DNA of 64,000 nt, taken from positions 610,204 through 674,203 of the forward strand of contig NW_008246081.1 in assembly GCF_000281045.1 (NCBI RefSeq). The letters are read 5' to 3'. A model generated the notes under the pieces. The model saw nothing but the letters and a program-made list of their open reading frames with translations. It searched no databases and was not told the DNA's origin. Position 1 is the stretch's first letter. The number at the start of each line of letters is the position of its first letter. Shown piece by piece: positions 13,501 through 25,011 of this stretch. A program made the position numbers and the translations under genes. Source of the stretch: Saprolegnia diclina VS20 (lineage: Eukaryota).

Positions 13501-13687
13501 CCGAGAGGGCAAAGAGTGTCGAGAAGACCTCGGAGCGCTGGGCAAAGACAAAGCTCATGGGCGCACCCGCGAGCGAGAGCGTAAAGTTGAGGATGCACGC
13601 GCGCTGGACGCCGGGCGTCGCCGTCGAGATGCGCGGCAGCGTCGTCTGGCGCATGAGCATGCGCACGTTCGTCGGCAGCTTCCCCAT
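10586..13687 (-). CDS. Multi-pass membrane protein: tetraspanin-like TM segments plus C-terminal adhesin-like (DUF4097-type) beta-repeat region (multi-exon)
   Basis: Many hydrophobic helices (e.g. 'GILVLILALMAFIGSAFEYRRLLNTFSWFAFILAIFLLA') are followed by repeats of the type 'LSTQSGSL', 'LQSTSGGI', 'IESNSGDI', 'ARSEYGSI', 'IRSQHGNI'. Confidence 0.6.
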
Positions 13688-14093
13688 GCCAATCCCAATC
13701 TGCCACTTTGCACTTGGGAAGGTGCGAAACCGATCCGGGCCCCGGGGCACACCCCGCTTCTCCCCCGAAACGTTGGACAGGATGGGACAGGACCACGATG
13801 CTCGCGATCTCGCCGCACCTGTAGTCCGCTTGTACTCTAGTAGCAGCTAACGGTCCCAACTCTCTTCTGCACTCCAGTACTTATTCCTAATAGCAGAGGT
13901 GCCTTAAACCTTGTACCGGTACCTTCAACCCTGCCCGTAGTGCAGCACGCAGCTCATGATTTGTGTGGCAGCAATAGCTACATGCCCAATTGATTCTCGG
14001 AACCCACGGTCACGGGACGGTGTGTCCAACGGTGGATTTGCATGCCCCGGGGCATGTTTGGTGGCCGCCTGTGGGGATAACCGTCCTCGCAGG

Positions 14094-14906
14094 ATGTGGG
14101 ACTTTGACACGAACGTGTCGGTGCTGGCGGCCACCTTCTCGGTCGGCCTCGCGTCCTTCCTCATAGGATTCGCCTGCGCGTACCGAGCGACGCGTCGCAA
14201 GCATGCGACACAGAATGTCAACCAAGTGCCCGACATAACGCTCATCAAGTACTGCACCAAAGTGCTGCGGGTGCTGTGCCTCGGCGTCCTTGGCTGCCAG
14301 TTTGCACTCTTCTCCCACGCCACGTCGATCCCGAGCACGACGCTCAACGTGCCGCTCTACGACAGCTTGTACCGTCCGCTGCTTGGCGCGCTCGGCGCCG
14401 CGTTTGGGTTCTCGACCAACTTTCACCCGAGCGTGCGCCACCTCTTTTTGGTGGCGATGCTGTCGCTGGTCGTGTTCGATACCATCTCCGAAGTGCACTA
14501 CCTCTCGATTGCAGAGTGCGCGGCGAAAGGCCAGCTCTGCACGCCGATTCCGATCACGTCCGACGAGCTATTGCGGCTCGTGCTCCGCGACCTTGCTGGC
14601 ATCGTCTTGGAGCTCTGGGCGGCGCTCCAAGTGGCGTACCTCTGCCTTGCCATCGGATGCTGCTCGTCTCGCTACTCGGCACGCCAGCTCTCGATTAGCA
14701 ATCCATACTCGAACGTCCGTGATCTTTTGGTCAAGTACCACCCAGAGCTCAAGCTAAAGCCCATGCGGCCGAACGAGCTTGGTCGGCGGCAACACGACGT
14801 CGCCGTCTGCGTCCGAGCAACGCATCTCGAGCATGAGAAAAGTCTCGCGAAGCGCCAAGCCGGTCGCGAGGCGCCAGAGGTCAAACAAGCTGTCACGTCA
14901 CCTTAG
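14094..14906 (+). CDS. Hypothetical membrane protein (about 5 TM helices)
   Basis: Single ORF from MWDFDTN with several hydrophobic segments and host-like codon usage. Confidence 0.6.
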   Translation: MWDFDTNVSVLAATFSVGLASFLIGFACAYRATRRKHATQNVNQVPDITLIKYCTKVLRVLCLGVLGCQFALFSHATSIPSTTLNVPLYDSLYRPLLGALGAAFGFSTNFHPSVRHLFLVAMLSLVVFDTISEVHYLSIAECAAKGQLCTPIPITSDELLRLVLRDLAGIVLELWAALQVAYLCLAIGCCSSRYSARQLSISNPYSNVRDLLVKYHPELKLKPMRPNELGRRQHDVAVCVRATHLEHEKSLAKRQAGREAPEVKQAVTSP

Positions 14907-17900
14907 CTCCAACGCGCGCTGGAAGACTGACCTTTGCGTTCGCTTGCAAGCATCGGTGCTGCGGTACAGCGTCGTTTGCTGCCATACAATGCACTCGACA
15001 TGCACCTCGTATTTTGCCTACAAATATACTCGTTCCACAACGTCGAACATCCATGTATGTACCTGGAGGTAGCGCTCAATGTCTTCCACGGTTAGCAGCC
15101 GGGGGGTTAGCGTGCATGGGATCACCAATTGGCGCCTGCACCCGAGTGAGCTCAAGCAAGGGCGTATTGCATACCACAAGGTCATCTGTTCGGGACACAT
15201 GCGGAGCGCAACGCCCCGCGTCGGCTCGAGGGCGATCGACGAGAGCTGGAGCGGTGCCGCAGGACGCTCAAAACGAAGTATGGACGTGTGGGGAGCATAG
15301 GTAACTTCGCGAACTGCGTTGGCCTTTTGCAGCACCAGCTTGACGAGCTCCAGGGTTACGATCCCGGCGACCACGGACGCAGTCGAGACGACGTGGGGCG
15401 AGACGCCGCACAGTCCTTTGCACGTGTAAAAGTCGATCGCTGCAACGTCGTACGTGGCCGCCATCGCGTTGCACCAGCGCTGCACAAAGACAACATGAAG
15501 ATTTGCGTCGTCCGTCTACACTCCACACTTCCCGTCATCGTTTCAAGGATCGATGACTGACCGCATTGAATGGAGTGATGACCAACCGGCCCAGCATGGC
15601 CTGTACGTCGCTCAGAGACGGGTGCTTGGCTTCACTCCCTTCGTCATTCTTGTAGGCCATTGCCGGTGGTGCCCACGACGCTGCTGCGATCTCATTCAGC
15701 GAAACTAGAAGACAAAGATGCATGTGAGAGATGAAGCTATCATGTCGTAGCAACGAGCCAGTTGAACGTTGCGTGCCAAGAGGACAGCGGTCACATGCAG
15801 CAACGCAAGGTGGGTTGTCTGGGATACATCAAAGACGATGCTGGTTTCCGCAAACAGCGCCTATGGCCGCGATGAGTTTTGTCCTACGAACCAGAACGCA
15901 CCTGCAAAAGCCCAAAGGCCTGATCCAGACACGAATTTGGTGTCAACCCGAGGCACTGGAGGCGACCAAACGTGGCCAGTGTAGTTTGCAGCCAGTCGGG
16001 GTTGTATCGCAGTGGCTTGTTCTGGGCACGGTCGCGACAGTAGGTTTGCACATGGACCAGATGGGACCCAAAGTGGCGCGTGAGAACGCTTTGGGCAAAG
16101 AATGCGATGCGCTGAACCTCGAACGCGCGTGCGTGCTGGAGCCCCGCGTTGTTCTCGATCGACGCATTCTGGAAGCGAGATCGCTGGGCAGCCACTTGGT
16201 CGAGCACGTGCAAAGGCAAGGTCGCATCCACTTCACGGGCAATCCAGCGCTCCGTGACCTCGGGAACATACGCCATGAGGCTGCCTCGCCACGCATCGGC
16301 CGTTGCAAGAAGAAATGGCTTCTTGTACACGAAGCTCTGCTCGTCGAGGTACTTTGCCAACTACGTAAGAATACCGGTGAGGCCAACTACTGTTCAATGG
16401 GCATTGACGCTCACCAGAGCACTCGATGCGGTGCACACTAGCACGTCAAAAGACGTCCAAAACGCTTCATCAAAGGCAGTGTCGAGATGCTACATGCGTC
16501 CATAAGCCCTTGAATCGCAATCGACGACGTTTCTGACAGCAGGGTCGAGATGGATCGTAAGAACTTTGCAGTCATTCGCAAGCGCCGACTTGACACAGAC
16601 CGCTTTCTTTGAACCGACGTCCTTGCTCGCAAAAGTCGCGTGGCTTGCAAGGTCGATAACCTGTCCAAGTAGCTTTGAATGCACAGACATTGCATCCTAC
16701 TGCACCTGAACGAGGGCACCGTCAACAAGGGTGCACTTGGCCAAGTTGGTGCCACCAACACCAAGTAAAGATAGGTTCTAACCGCAAACATGCAGATCCA
16801 AGCGCCCCAATCGCTGTACCTTTGCGATCTCGGAGCCCAGGGCGCCGCAGCCAACGAGAGCAATGCGTGCGCTCTGTAGCTTTGCCAAGGCGGTTTGTCC
16901 GTAGAGGGCGCGGACGTGAAACTCGTGGTGGCGGTAATGGTCAAGGAACATGGTCTCTTTGGCGAGCTCGGCGCGGTGTGGCAACGCATTCGTGGCATCC
17001 CAGTACCACACTTGGGTCAACGGAAGCCCAAGGCCTATCCTATAGCGTACACTCACCGCTATCGCCGTAAAGCGTACCGACAAACTTGATGGCTTCGCGC
17101 GCCGCCAAGCCAGCGACGGTCGCGCTGAGCGGTACAAGCTCGGTGCTCGCACAACGCGCTAGCTCTAAGATGCTAGCATCGCTCGGTGGGGCCGTGGGAA
17201 TTGCACACTGTCCTTTCTCGCTCTATACACCTTGCCGTCAACGATGCATGCAGTAGCAAGTGTATCTACCGCCGCGATAAAGGTCCTTGTACATTTCAAC
17301 ACTTCGTTGGCGTGCTGCACGTTGTTGGCTTCGGGCCACTGGCCATGGACGTGCGCATAGGTGTACAGGCCGTGCAGTACGCAGTGCAACAGCATGCTCC
17401 GATCTACGACACGCAGACTCACACAGACGAGACGTAGCGTGTTTGTACCAGTGTCTTTGGAGCTCAGAAAGCACGGGCACTCGACCAGCGTTGGGTGGAG
17501 AATCGATTCGCGGTAGCTTTTCTACATTGAACGTGGTGCTTCCGAGAGATTTCCTCACGCAATGGTAGGGCTACGTGTGCTAGTTGACGCAGGCCACGGA
17601 CGCGCCGAAGCTTGAGCCGAGGCAGCGTCGTCAAATCTCCGATTGGTCGGCCGCGCCCAGCGTCCATGTAGAAGGTGGATGGTGATGCGAGGCGTATGAT
17701 GCAGCACTGTTCCGCGTGCGGCCACGGTAAAGAGCTTGTGTCTTGTGTGCAAAAGGAGAACGCGACAACGTCGCCCATTTGCAATCGCTGCAGGACACGT
17801 CGGCGTCAGCGACGTACATGATATCTATATACCTGCTCGACGACGTCCTCCCGCACGACCACGAGGCCCGTGCTGGTGTCCAGAGAAGCCACAGTAAACT

Positions 17901-18651
17901 CCAAGCTGTCGTCTTCCCACGCCTAAAGCAGCAATATGATCGTGTCATCCATGGTCGATAAAGCGGAGGACTTCGTGGGACGGTCCAAAGTCGACAAAGA
18001 GGGATGCAAGGACGCCTCGGCTCTCAACGACGATCGTTCCAATGGGAGGGACTTGAGCGCGACAAAATTCGTTGAGACCGACAATCTCCTCGCGCAAGAG
18101 TCCTCCGCTCGCGAAGAGGACGAGCTACAACGCTGGGCGTAGGCAGAGGTTGCAGTCGAGCTTTGTACGTGGTAGTGGAGGAGAAGGTCTGGCGTCAAGA
18201 CACCCGAGAGCGTCCGTAGCGTTGTATACGGGCTCTTGGCGCTCGCAGCCTCCTTGATGACCACCGACCTCTTCTGCCCAATGCTCCGTGGCCCATACCA
18301 CGTCTACGCAGCTCCTTGAGCCATGCAGGCTTGGCGCATGGGCGTACGCTCGTGGGTAGGTCGTCGTCCGTAACGAGTGCGTCGTCGTAGAGCGTGAGGT
18401 CGCGGATGCCATGTAACATGAGGTTCTTGACTACATGCAGCACTCGCATCTCCATGGAGGCCATGAGCTTCGTACCGAGCTCGACGCCGACGCTTCGGAG
18501 TCCGACGACGAGCACATGCATGCTCGTGATCGTTTCCATCCTGCATCATCCTTCCATGGTCTTCCTCGCCCATGCATGTACCTCCATGATCCTACCAGCT
18601 GGATCCATACGCCACGAGCGACCGCGCAAAGAATTCGTTGGCCGTCGCCAT
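14754..18651 (-). CDS. Ubiquitin-activating enzyme E1 (UBA1/UBA6)-like protein, catalytically degenerate (multi-exon)
   Basis: Two ThiF-type Rossmann starts ('HVLVVGLRSVGVELVKNLMLHGIRDLTLYD' and 'IALVGCGALGSEIAK'), 'PHVVSTASVVAGIVTLELVKLV', and a C-terminal UFD-like 'FLMLEMRCSDADGDVVLPP'. Confidence 0.75.
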
Positions 18652-19037
18652 GCTCGGCGCCGCTTCCAAATGAACTCGGCGCGGGTCCGGATCCGTACTT
18701 TACTGGGATTTCAAATCGCACTTATACGAAAAAGGTCGGATAATGGCCGAGTGGCTCGTTCACGACGCAGGGATTTTCCCGTGGGCAAAACGTTTGTACG
18801 ACGCCAAGACCTCGTAGCGTAGTCTATCTACTTGGACGTATGGCTACCTCACTGCAGGATGGGCTATCTCTGCCAGTGGTCTAGAGGTATATCGCGCAAT
18901 AGTACTAGAAAATGTATACGAAAAGTCAGCAAACAACTGACCTATGACGCATGAGCCAATCAAACGCGTGGATTGCCTCCCGTTTCCAGAACTGAGCATC
19001 TTGACCAGCAATTTTGAACGCGATTGGCAGCAGCAAG

Positions 19038-22019
19038 ATGGACTCGGACTCGGATGACGACTTTGCCGTCTTTGGCATGGACGCTAGCGCCATGGCCAAC
19101 GTCGTCGACGACGACTCGCTCACGGATGCCGAGCTGCTCCAGAAGGCCGAGGTCGCGATCCTCGAGACGAACGCGGCCTCAATCGAGCCGTTGCTCGCGC
19201 AAGCCACGTCCGAGCGCACTCGCGCGCTCCTTAACATGGCCTTGCTCCTCACCAAGGGCCAGTACGCCGACGTGCTTCGCTTGCAGCCGGTCCAGGACCT
19301 TTTTTCGCAGCTCCAGCAGTCGGAGGCGCGCCAGCAAGCGTCGGCGCATGCGTGCACGTACATTGCCCAGGCGCTCGAAGTGCTTTTCGCGGCTTCCGAC
19401 GACAAGCTCTCGCTCGGCTACACGGTGCTCTTTGGCGCGATCGCGCTCCTCGACTTGTTTGTGCAGCTCAACTACACGGGCCCGGCCATCGAAGACGAGA
19501 AGCTCGCAGACCTCTACACGCTCTGCCACGTGCTGTTGCCGGCGAACGAACGCCATGTGACCAAGCGTGGTCTCCACACGAACGCAATCGTGTCGCTCCA
19601 GGTCGATGGCGAGTCGCCCTTTAGCATCTGCGAGCACCCGTACTTTCTCGAGCTCGCGCGCTGCCTCCTCCACTACCTCGGTCTCCAGTCGTTTGTCAAC
19701 TGGTCGCATCCCGAAGCGATCGACCGCATCAACAAGTTTACGCCCATGGACCAGTTTACGCGCCAGCCGCGCACGTCGAATGGATTCCAGCGCCCGATCA
19801 GCGCCGACGTCATGGTGGCGCTGCGGTCGATGGTGTCGCACCACTGGTGGTGCGGCCGGGCGCTGATTGCGCACCAGCGCCTCCTCATCACAAAGTCGCC
19901 GAGCAACACGCTCTGGGCCGAGACGCAGCTGTGTTTTTCGTTTGCGCTTTCGCAGTTCCACGCAGCGAACTGCTCGTCGCCGTACCTGCCGGCGCGCGCC
20001 GAACTCGAGTGGGGCCTTGCCCAGCACTTTTTCGAAGTCAAGAACAAGGGCCGCGCCGACTTTAGCCGTGCGCTGCAGACGACCGGTCTCCAAGTCCTTC
20101 TCTCGGGCTCGATGGGGAAGCGCACCAAGTTTCAGGTCAAGGAAGTCGCGCAGATGGTGCTGCTCGCCAAGTCGCGCATCGAAAACACGCAGACGAGCTC
20201 CGAGTTTGCGGCAGCGACGGCCCAAAGTACCCACGTCGACTTTGGCGGGCTCAGCACGGGCGAATCGGACGCGACCGATGGCGACGAGCTCTCGGCCGAA
20301 GACAAGCTCATTGCGGGCGGCGAGGCTGCGTACCGCACCATCACGCGCGACCAAGCCGACCCGGACAACATCCTCCTCGAGAAGATTGCGTTTACAGACG
20401 CGATCGACAACGCCAACTTGCAAGTCGTCGACCAAACGATCTTGCTCGCGCTCTGCCTCGACGTCAAAAACTCGAACGCGAACGACGGTCTTACGCGCGA
20501 GCAAATGATGCCGTACCTCACGCGCGTCCTCGACAACCCCAACAACTGGATGGTCTACTCGACGGGCCTTCTTGAGCGTGCGTGGCTCGAGTGCGAGACA
20601 ATGCGATCACGCGAACGTGCGGTGCTTCAGATGCAAGCACTTGTCGACCAGCACACGACGCGCCTCACGATCACGCAGACGTCCCTCAAGATGATCCAGG
20701 ACGCGGCCCCCGCGCACGAACGCATGGAACACATTTACTCGCTCGTCTTCCCGCCGCGGTATGCGCTCAAGCGCGACCTCGCCGAGCGCTACTTGGGTCT
20801 TGGCGTCTACAACAGCGCGCTCGAGATCTTCCAGGAGCTCGAAATGTGGGACGAAATCGTGCAGTGCCACCAGCTGCTCGACCAGCCCAAGCGCGCCGAA
20901 GCCATGGTGCGCCAGCGCCTGGAGGTCGCGCCGACGCCCTTCATGTGGTGCTCGCTCGGCGACATCACCGACGACGTCGCGCACTACGAGACGTCGTGGA
21001 ACGTCTCGAACGGCCGATTCGCGCGCGCCAAGCGGTCGTGGGCGCGCAAGCTCTACGAGCAGGGCGACATTCCGGCCGCGATTGCGCATCTCCAGGACGC
21101 GACCAAGGTGCAGCCCATGTACACGCAAGCGTGGTTCTTCCTCGGGTCCCTTGCGATGCGCATGTCGCAGTGGGTCGTGGCGTTCGAGGCCTTTACGCAC
21201 GCAGTGCAGCTCTCGCCTGATGACGGCGAAGCGTGGGGCAACATTGGCTCGATCCACCTCCGCCTCAAGAACTATGGCCAAGCCTTCTCGGCCTTCCAAG
21301 AGGCGCTCAAGCAGAAGCGCAACATGTGGCAGATGTGGGAGAACTTCCTCCTCTGCGCGATGGAGTGTGCGCGGTACGGTGACGCCATGTACGCGATGCA
21401 CATGCTCCTCGACCTCCGCGACAAGCACAAGCGCCCGATCGACCACGAAGTGCTCGCGTGGCTCGTCGAGGCCATTGTCTACCCGGCCAAGCGCACGGAT
21501 GGTGAAGACGATGATGCATCGACGATCGAAGACGACTCGGTGGATGCGTCGCAAGTCGACGTTGGCTCGATGGCGGTCCTCGATGACGACGACGAGGACA
21601 AGATCCCGACGGTCGCGCCGCCCGTGTCCGAGTACAACTATACCAAGCAGCTCGGAAAGCTCCTCGGCCGCATCACGTCCATTGTGACCAACGACGCCAA
21701 GGTGTGGCAGGTCTACGCGCACTACCAGGACGGCGTCGGGCAGGCCCAGAAGGCGCGCGAGTGCCGCTTGAAGGAGTGCCGCGCGCTCCAAAAGGCAGGG
21801 TGGGAGACCAATCGGGACGACATTGTGCCGCTCTGCAAGGCGGCACTGCGCCTCGCCAACGACTACCTCGACGACGGCTCCAAAACCGCCCTCTACGACT
21901 GCCGCATGTACCTCAAGACGCTCACCAAGAAGGCTCAAGTGACGTTCGCTGACTTGCCCGAAGTCGTCGAAGTGGCCGCGATGCTGCAGGACATTGAGGC
22001 CCGCGAAGCGGCGGCATAA
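19038..22019 (+). CDS. TTC27: TPR-repeat protein TTC27/Emw1-like
   Basis: Intronless ORF of about 990 aa with 'LFVQLNYTGP', 'LSGSMGKRTKFQ', 'NWMVYSTGLLERAWLE', 'ERAVLQMQALVDQ' and several TPR motifs. Confidence 0.85.
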   Translation: MDSDSDDDFAVFGMDASAMANVVDDDSLTDAELLQKAEVAILETNAASIEPLLAQATSERTRALLNMALLLTKGQYADVLRLQPVQDLFSQLQQSEARQQASAHACTYIAQALEVLFAASDDKLSLGYTVLFGAIALLDLFVQLNYTGPAIEDEKLADLYTLCHVLLPANERHVTKRGLHTNAIVSLQVDGESPFSICEHPYFLELARCLLHYLGLQSFVNWSHPEAIDRINKFTPMDQFTRQPRTSNGFQRPISADVMVALRSMVSHHWWCGRALIAHQRLLITKSPSNTLWAETQLCFSFALSQFHAANCSSPYLPARAELEWGLAQHFFEVKNKGRADFSRALQTTGLQVLLSGSMGKRTKFQVKEVAQMVLLAKSRIENTQTSSEFAAATAQSTHVDFGGLSTGESDATDGDELSAEDKLIAGGEAAYRTITRDQADPDNILLEKIAFTDAIDNANLQVVDQTILLALCLDVKNSNANDGLTREQMMPYLTRVLDNPNNWMVYSTGLLERAWLECETMRSRERAVLQMQALVDQHTTRLTITQTSLKMIQDAAPAHERMEHIYSLVFPPRYALKRDLAERYLGLGVYNSALEIFQELEMWDEIVQCHQLLDQPKRAEAMVRQRLEVAPTPFMWCSLGDITDDVAHYETSWNVSNGRFARAKRSWARKLYEQGDIPAAIAHLQDATKVQPMYTQAWFFLGSLAMRMSQWVVAFEAFTHAVQLSPDDGEAWGNIGSIHLRLKNYGQAFSAFQEALKQKRNMWQMWENFLLCAMECARYGDAMYAMHMLLDLRDKHKRPIDHEVLAWLVEAIVYPAKRTDGEDDDASTIEDDSVDASQVDVGSMAVLDDDDEDKIPTVAPPVSEYNYTKQLGKLLGRITSIVTNDAKVWQVYAHYQDGVGQAQKARECRLKECRALQKAGWETNRDDIVPLCKAALRLANDYLDDGSKTALYDCRMYLKTLTKKAQVTFADLPEVVEVAAMLQDIEAREAAA

Positions 22020-22812
22020 TGCAAATCAATCCAAACTGGACAAGTGTTTCGATCGGAGCTCCCGTTCTGCGCATAGAGTCACAGAGTCGGGGGTCTGGAG
22101 TCTGCGGGCAGAACCATCTTATGAGACACACTGTGGGTCTTCTCACGGCAGCGGCCAAATCGAATGCGTGTTGCATGATGGTGTCCTACAGCGCACTAGT
22201 TTTGCTACGGTAGCAGAATCAAGTGCATGTTGGTATTAAAGGAGATGGGTGCGGTCGCCGCCGTCGCTGAGGTAACGACTGGGTTCTGAGACATAGATGT
22301 TGGGTCCCAAATGTCCGGCGAGAGGAGTGCGCTTGAGACCGTGTCGGCATCGAGCTCGATGCAGTCGAGACGAAGGTACCGACAAGAGCACGGGGTCTCA
22401 AACCACGGAGCTGGCTCGAGGATGCAATCTCAAGGGCACGTGACCCGACTCGCTCGCGTGAAGGTCACGTTCCCAAGCAGCGCCATGACGAGCACAATTT
22501 GGAGCCAGAAAAGGCGCGTTTGGCACGGCTGCGGCGAACCTCCAACGACTTGCGTCCCTCCGCGAAGGCTTGGAGCGGGTCGGAAAAGTGTGGCGGACGC
22601 ACACCAATGGTCTCGGCCACAGCGACCGCATGTCGGATGGTTGCCGCAAGCGCACGTGGTGAACGAGCTGCCGGAGGTTGACCCAGCTCGAGGCAAAGCC
22701 TTGTTGCGCCAATCTTTAACGCCGAGCTCAGAATGAGAAAGCGAAGCGGTGGCAAATTGCGCGTCATCCACGGTAGCGAGTACTCTTGGCGCATGTCGCC
22801 ATAGAGGTTCAT
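22020..22812 (-). CDS. Possible small uncharacterised multi-exon gene
   Basis: Short coding-like segments ('MNLYGDMRQE', 'ALAATIRHAVAVAETIG', 'YLRLDCIELDADTV') lie in a 1.2-kb gap of an otherwise dense region. No recognisable domain. Confidence 0.2.
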
Positions 22813-23216
22813 GGGAATCGGCAACTAAAACTGGACTAGGGAAATGCCCACGGCAAGGACAAAGCTCACAACGACGTATGTCACACCAGTTTGTTGAGTG
22901 TGAGCGCAAGTTGCTTCAGAACGGCTGGGGGGTTATTGGGTCCCGAGCGTCCGTTTCGATTTGGCGCCAAAACCCTGCGGGCCGTCGCTACACAAGTAAT
23001 GGACCTGTCGTGTATTTAGTCGTAGCGATGGCCTTGGTTGTCGTCGGCTAGGTTCGGAGTCGACGCATTTCTCTCAAGTCCAGAATGCATCCGGATCCTA
23101 TTATCCGGATGCGATCTTTGCCGGGATGGGATTGGTCGAAATCCCAGCGTGGTTTCACTTCAACGTGGGGCGGCTGTATCCGGATCGCCAAGAGCCATTT
23201 TCGGACCGGTGGCAAG

Positions 23217-24415
23217 ATGGCCAAGAAAGCAAACAAGGGCAAGAAGGCTGGCGTGGCGACCGCGCCGTCGTCGCCCGTCAAGAAGGCAGCGCCCAAGTGC
23301 TCGAGCTACCCGTCGACGCCGGTCTCGACGTCCAAGACGTCGGCCTCTTCACCCTTGGCCTCGGACATTCCCGACGAGGTGCACCCGGTCGACGACTTGA
23401 GCATGGAGACAGTCGCGCCCAAGATTGAGCGCCGACTCTCGGCGCGCCCAGGCGCCGCGGACTTGGATCAGCAGAATATCATCCATACGCTGAGCATGGC
23501 GCCGCAGCTCCAAGCGTCGGCCAAGTTGCTCGAGCGCAATCTAAGTGCCAACTCGGTCAGCCACTTGCTCGAGAAGCGTCGGTCACTCCACGAGCTTGCG
23601 GATCAAGGCCTTGTCACGAACAGCTCCAAGGTGGCGCCGACGCTTCAGGCCAAGAGTGATCAGCTCAAGCGGCAGCTCACGGCCGACAAGCTGCACAAGC
23701 AAATCAACCGCCGGCCGTCCCAGAAGGAGCTCACGGAACAAGGCGTGCTAGACGACGGTACGCTGCATCCATGCCGCTTTACCACGACGTCTCTTCTCAT
23801 TAAATGTGTAGGTCAAGTGGCTCCAAGCTTGCTTGCGACCGCCAAGAAGCTCGAGCGCGCGATGATCGAGAACCAAGTCGGCCACCTCCTCGAGACCCGT
23901 CCGGGTATGCAGGACATGTTGTCTCAAAACATTTGCTCGGGTTCGTACCATCCTTCGACGCGACACCGCCAATGTAATGTCGATTGTCTAGAGCCGCCGC
24001 AGGTCGCGAATGCCATCCAAGGCGTCATGCACTCCCTCGAACGCAACCTCAAGGCGGACCAGCTCTCGCGCAAGCTGCGCACGCGTCGGTCGTTTGAAGA
24101 CCTCTCGGCCGGACGTACGATCCTCGCGTGAGCTTGCGTGCAGGCGCTAAGCGTCATGTAGAAGCGACCAAGCCGCGCAGCTCGTCGGTGCAAGAGAATG
24201 CTGCCCGTCGGTCGCGCTACACGCTTGCGCTCAAAGCTGCGTCTCGCATCGCTGCGGACAAGCTCATTTCGCCAGCAGAAAAAGGCTGTCTGAAGGACTG
24301 CATCCTCGCGGACGACCCGCGCGTCCTCAAGGCCATGACCGCGTACGAGGCCGACAAGGACGTTGAAGAGATGCTCGACTCGCTGTACCGTATTGCCAAA
24401 AAAGTGGCTCTTTGA
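23217..24415 (+). CDS. RPEL-repeat (G-actin-binding) protein (multi-exon)
   Basis: Five RPEL-like units: 'RRLSARPGAADLDQQNII', 'LLEKRRSLHELADQGLV', 'QINRRPSQKELTEQGVL', 'LLETRPGMQDMLSQNI', 'KLRTRRSFEDL'. Confidence 0.8.
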
Positions 24416-24567
24416 GCACTTCGCCACATATAGCACATGAAGCGATGGCTGTGTGCACTCCTCCTTGCTCGCTCTTGTACAAGTTGGTGCTCCAATGTGG
24501 CAGAAGAGGTCGAAGGCGTCGGCGTGCAGTGGTCGAGGACGCAGTAGTAGGTAGTGTGTTGGTATTC

Positions 24568-25011
24568 TTATCGAAAGCATGGCAGCGACTCCATGTATTG
24601 GCGCACGCTGTGGCGGAAGAGCTTGCACTTGATGGGTTTGGTGCTCTTGGCGTCGTGCACCGGGTTCTTGGTCACGAGCTCGACATAGAGGTTGCCGTAG
24701 AGGTGCTGGAGGACGTCCTGGAGGTCGCCCGTGTTGTTGTCGCTCGTCAAGATGAAGCGCAGCCCCGACGCGGTCTCCAAATGATGACACGTGTACGTAT
24801 CGGTCTTGAACGTCTTGAGCGACTGCGACGACGTCGTCGAGGCCGTCGGCGCCATCTTGCGCAGAAACTCCTTGAGCGAGAAAATGAGGCCGAACATGAG
24901 CCGCTTCTCTTCCTCGGCGTCGCTCAGCGTCATAGCGTCACTGCTGCGGTTCCACTCCTCGTAGAGGAGGCAGGCGCCAGCGCGGTTGAAGATGTACAGG
25001 TTGTAGATCAT
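24568..25011 (-). CDS. TRAPPC1: TRAPP complex subunit 1 (Bet5, sybindin-like)
   Basis: 'MIYNLYIFNRAGACLLYEEWNR...EEKRLMFGLIFSLKEF...FKTDTYTCHHLETASGLRFILTSD...LYVELVTKNP'. Confidence 0.9.
   Translation of the reverse strand: MIYNLYIFNRAGACLLYEEWNRSSDAMTLSDAEEEKRLMFGLIFSLKEFLRKMAPTASTTSSQSLKTFKTDTYTCHHLETASGLRFILTSDNNTGDLQDVLQHLYGNLYVELVTKNPVHDAKSTKPIKCKLFRHSVRQYMESLPCFR

Noticed and set aside
19179..21938. Long minus-strand ORFs (441 and 443 aa) opposite TTC27, and similar antisense ORFs opposite other genes
   Set aside because: Typical antisense shadows of GC3-rich codon usage, with no domain-like content.
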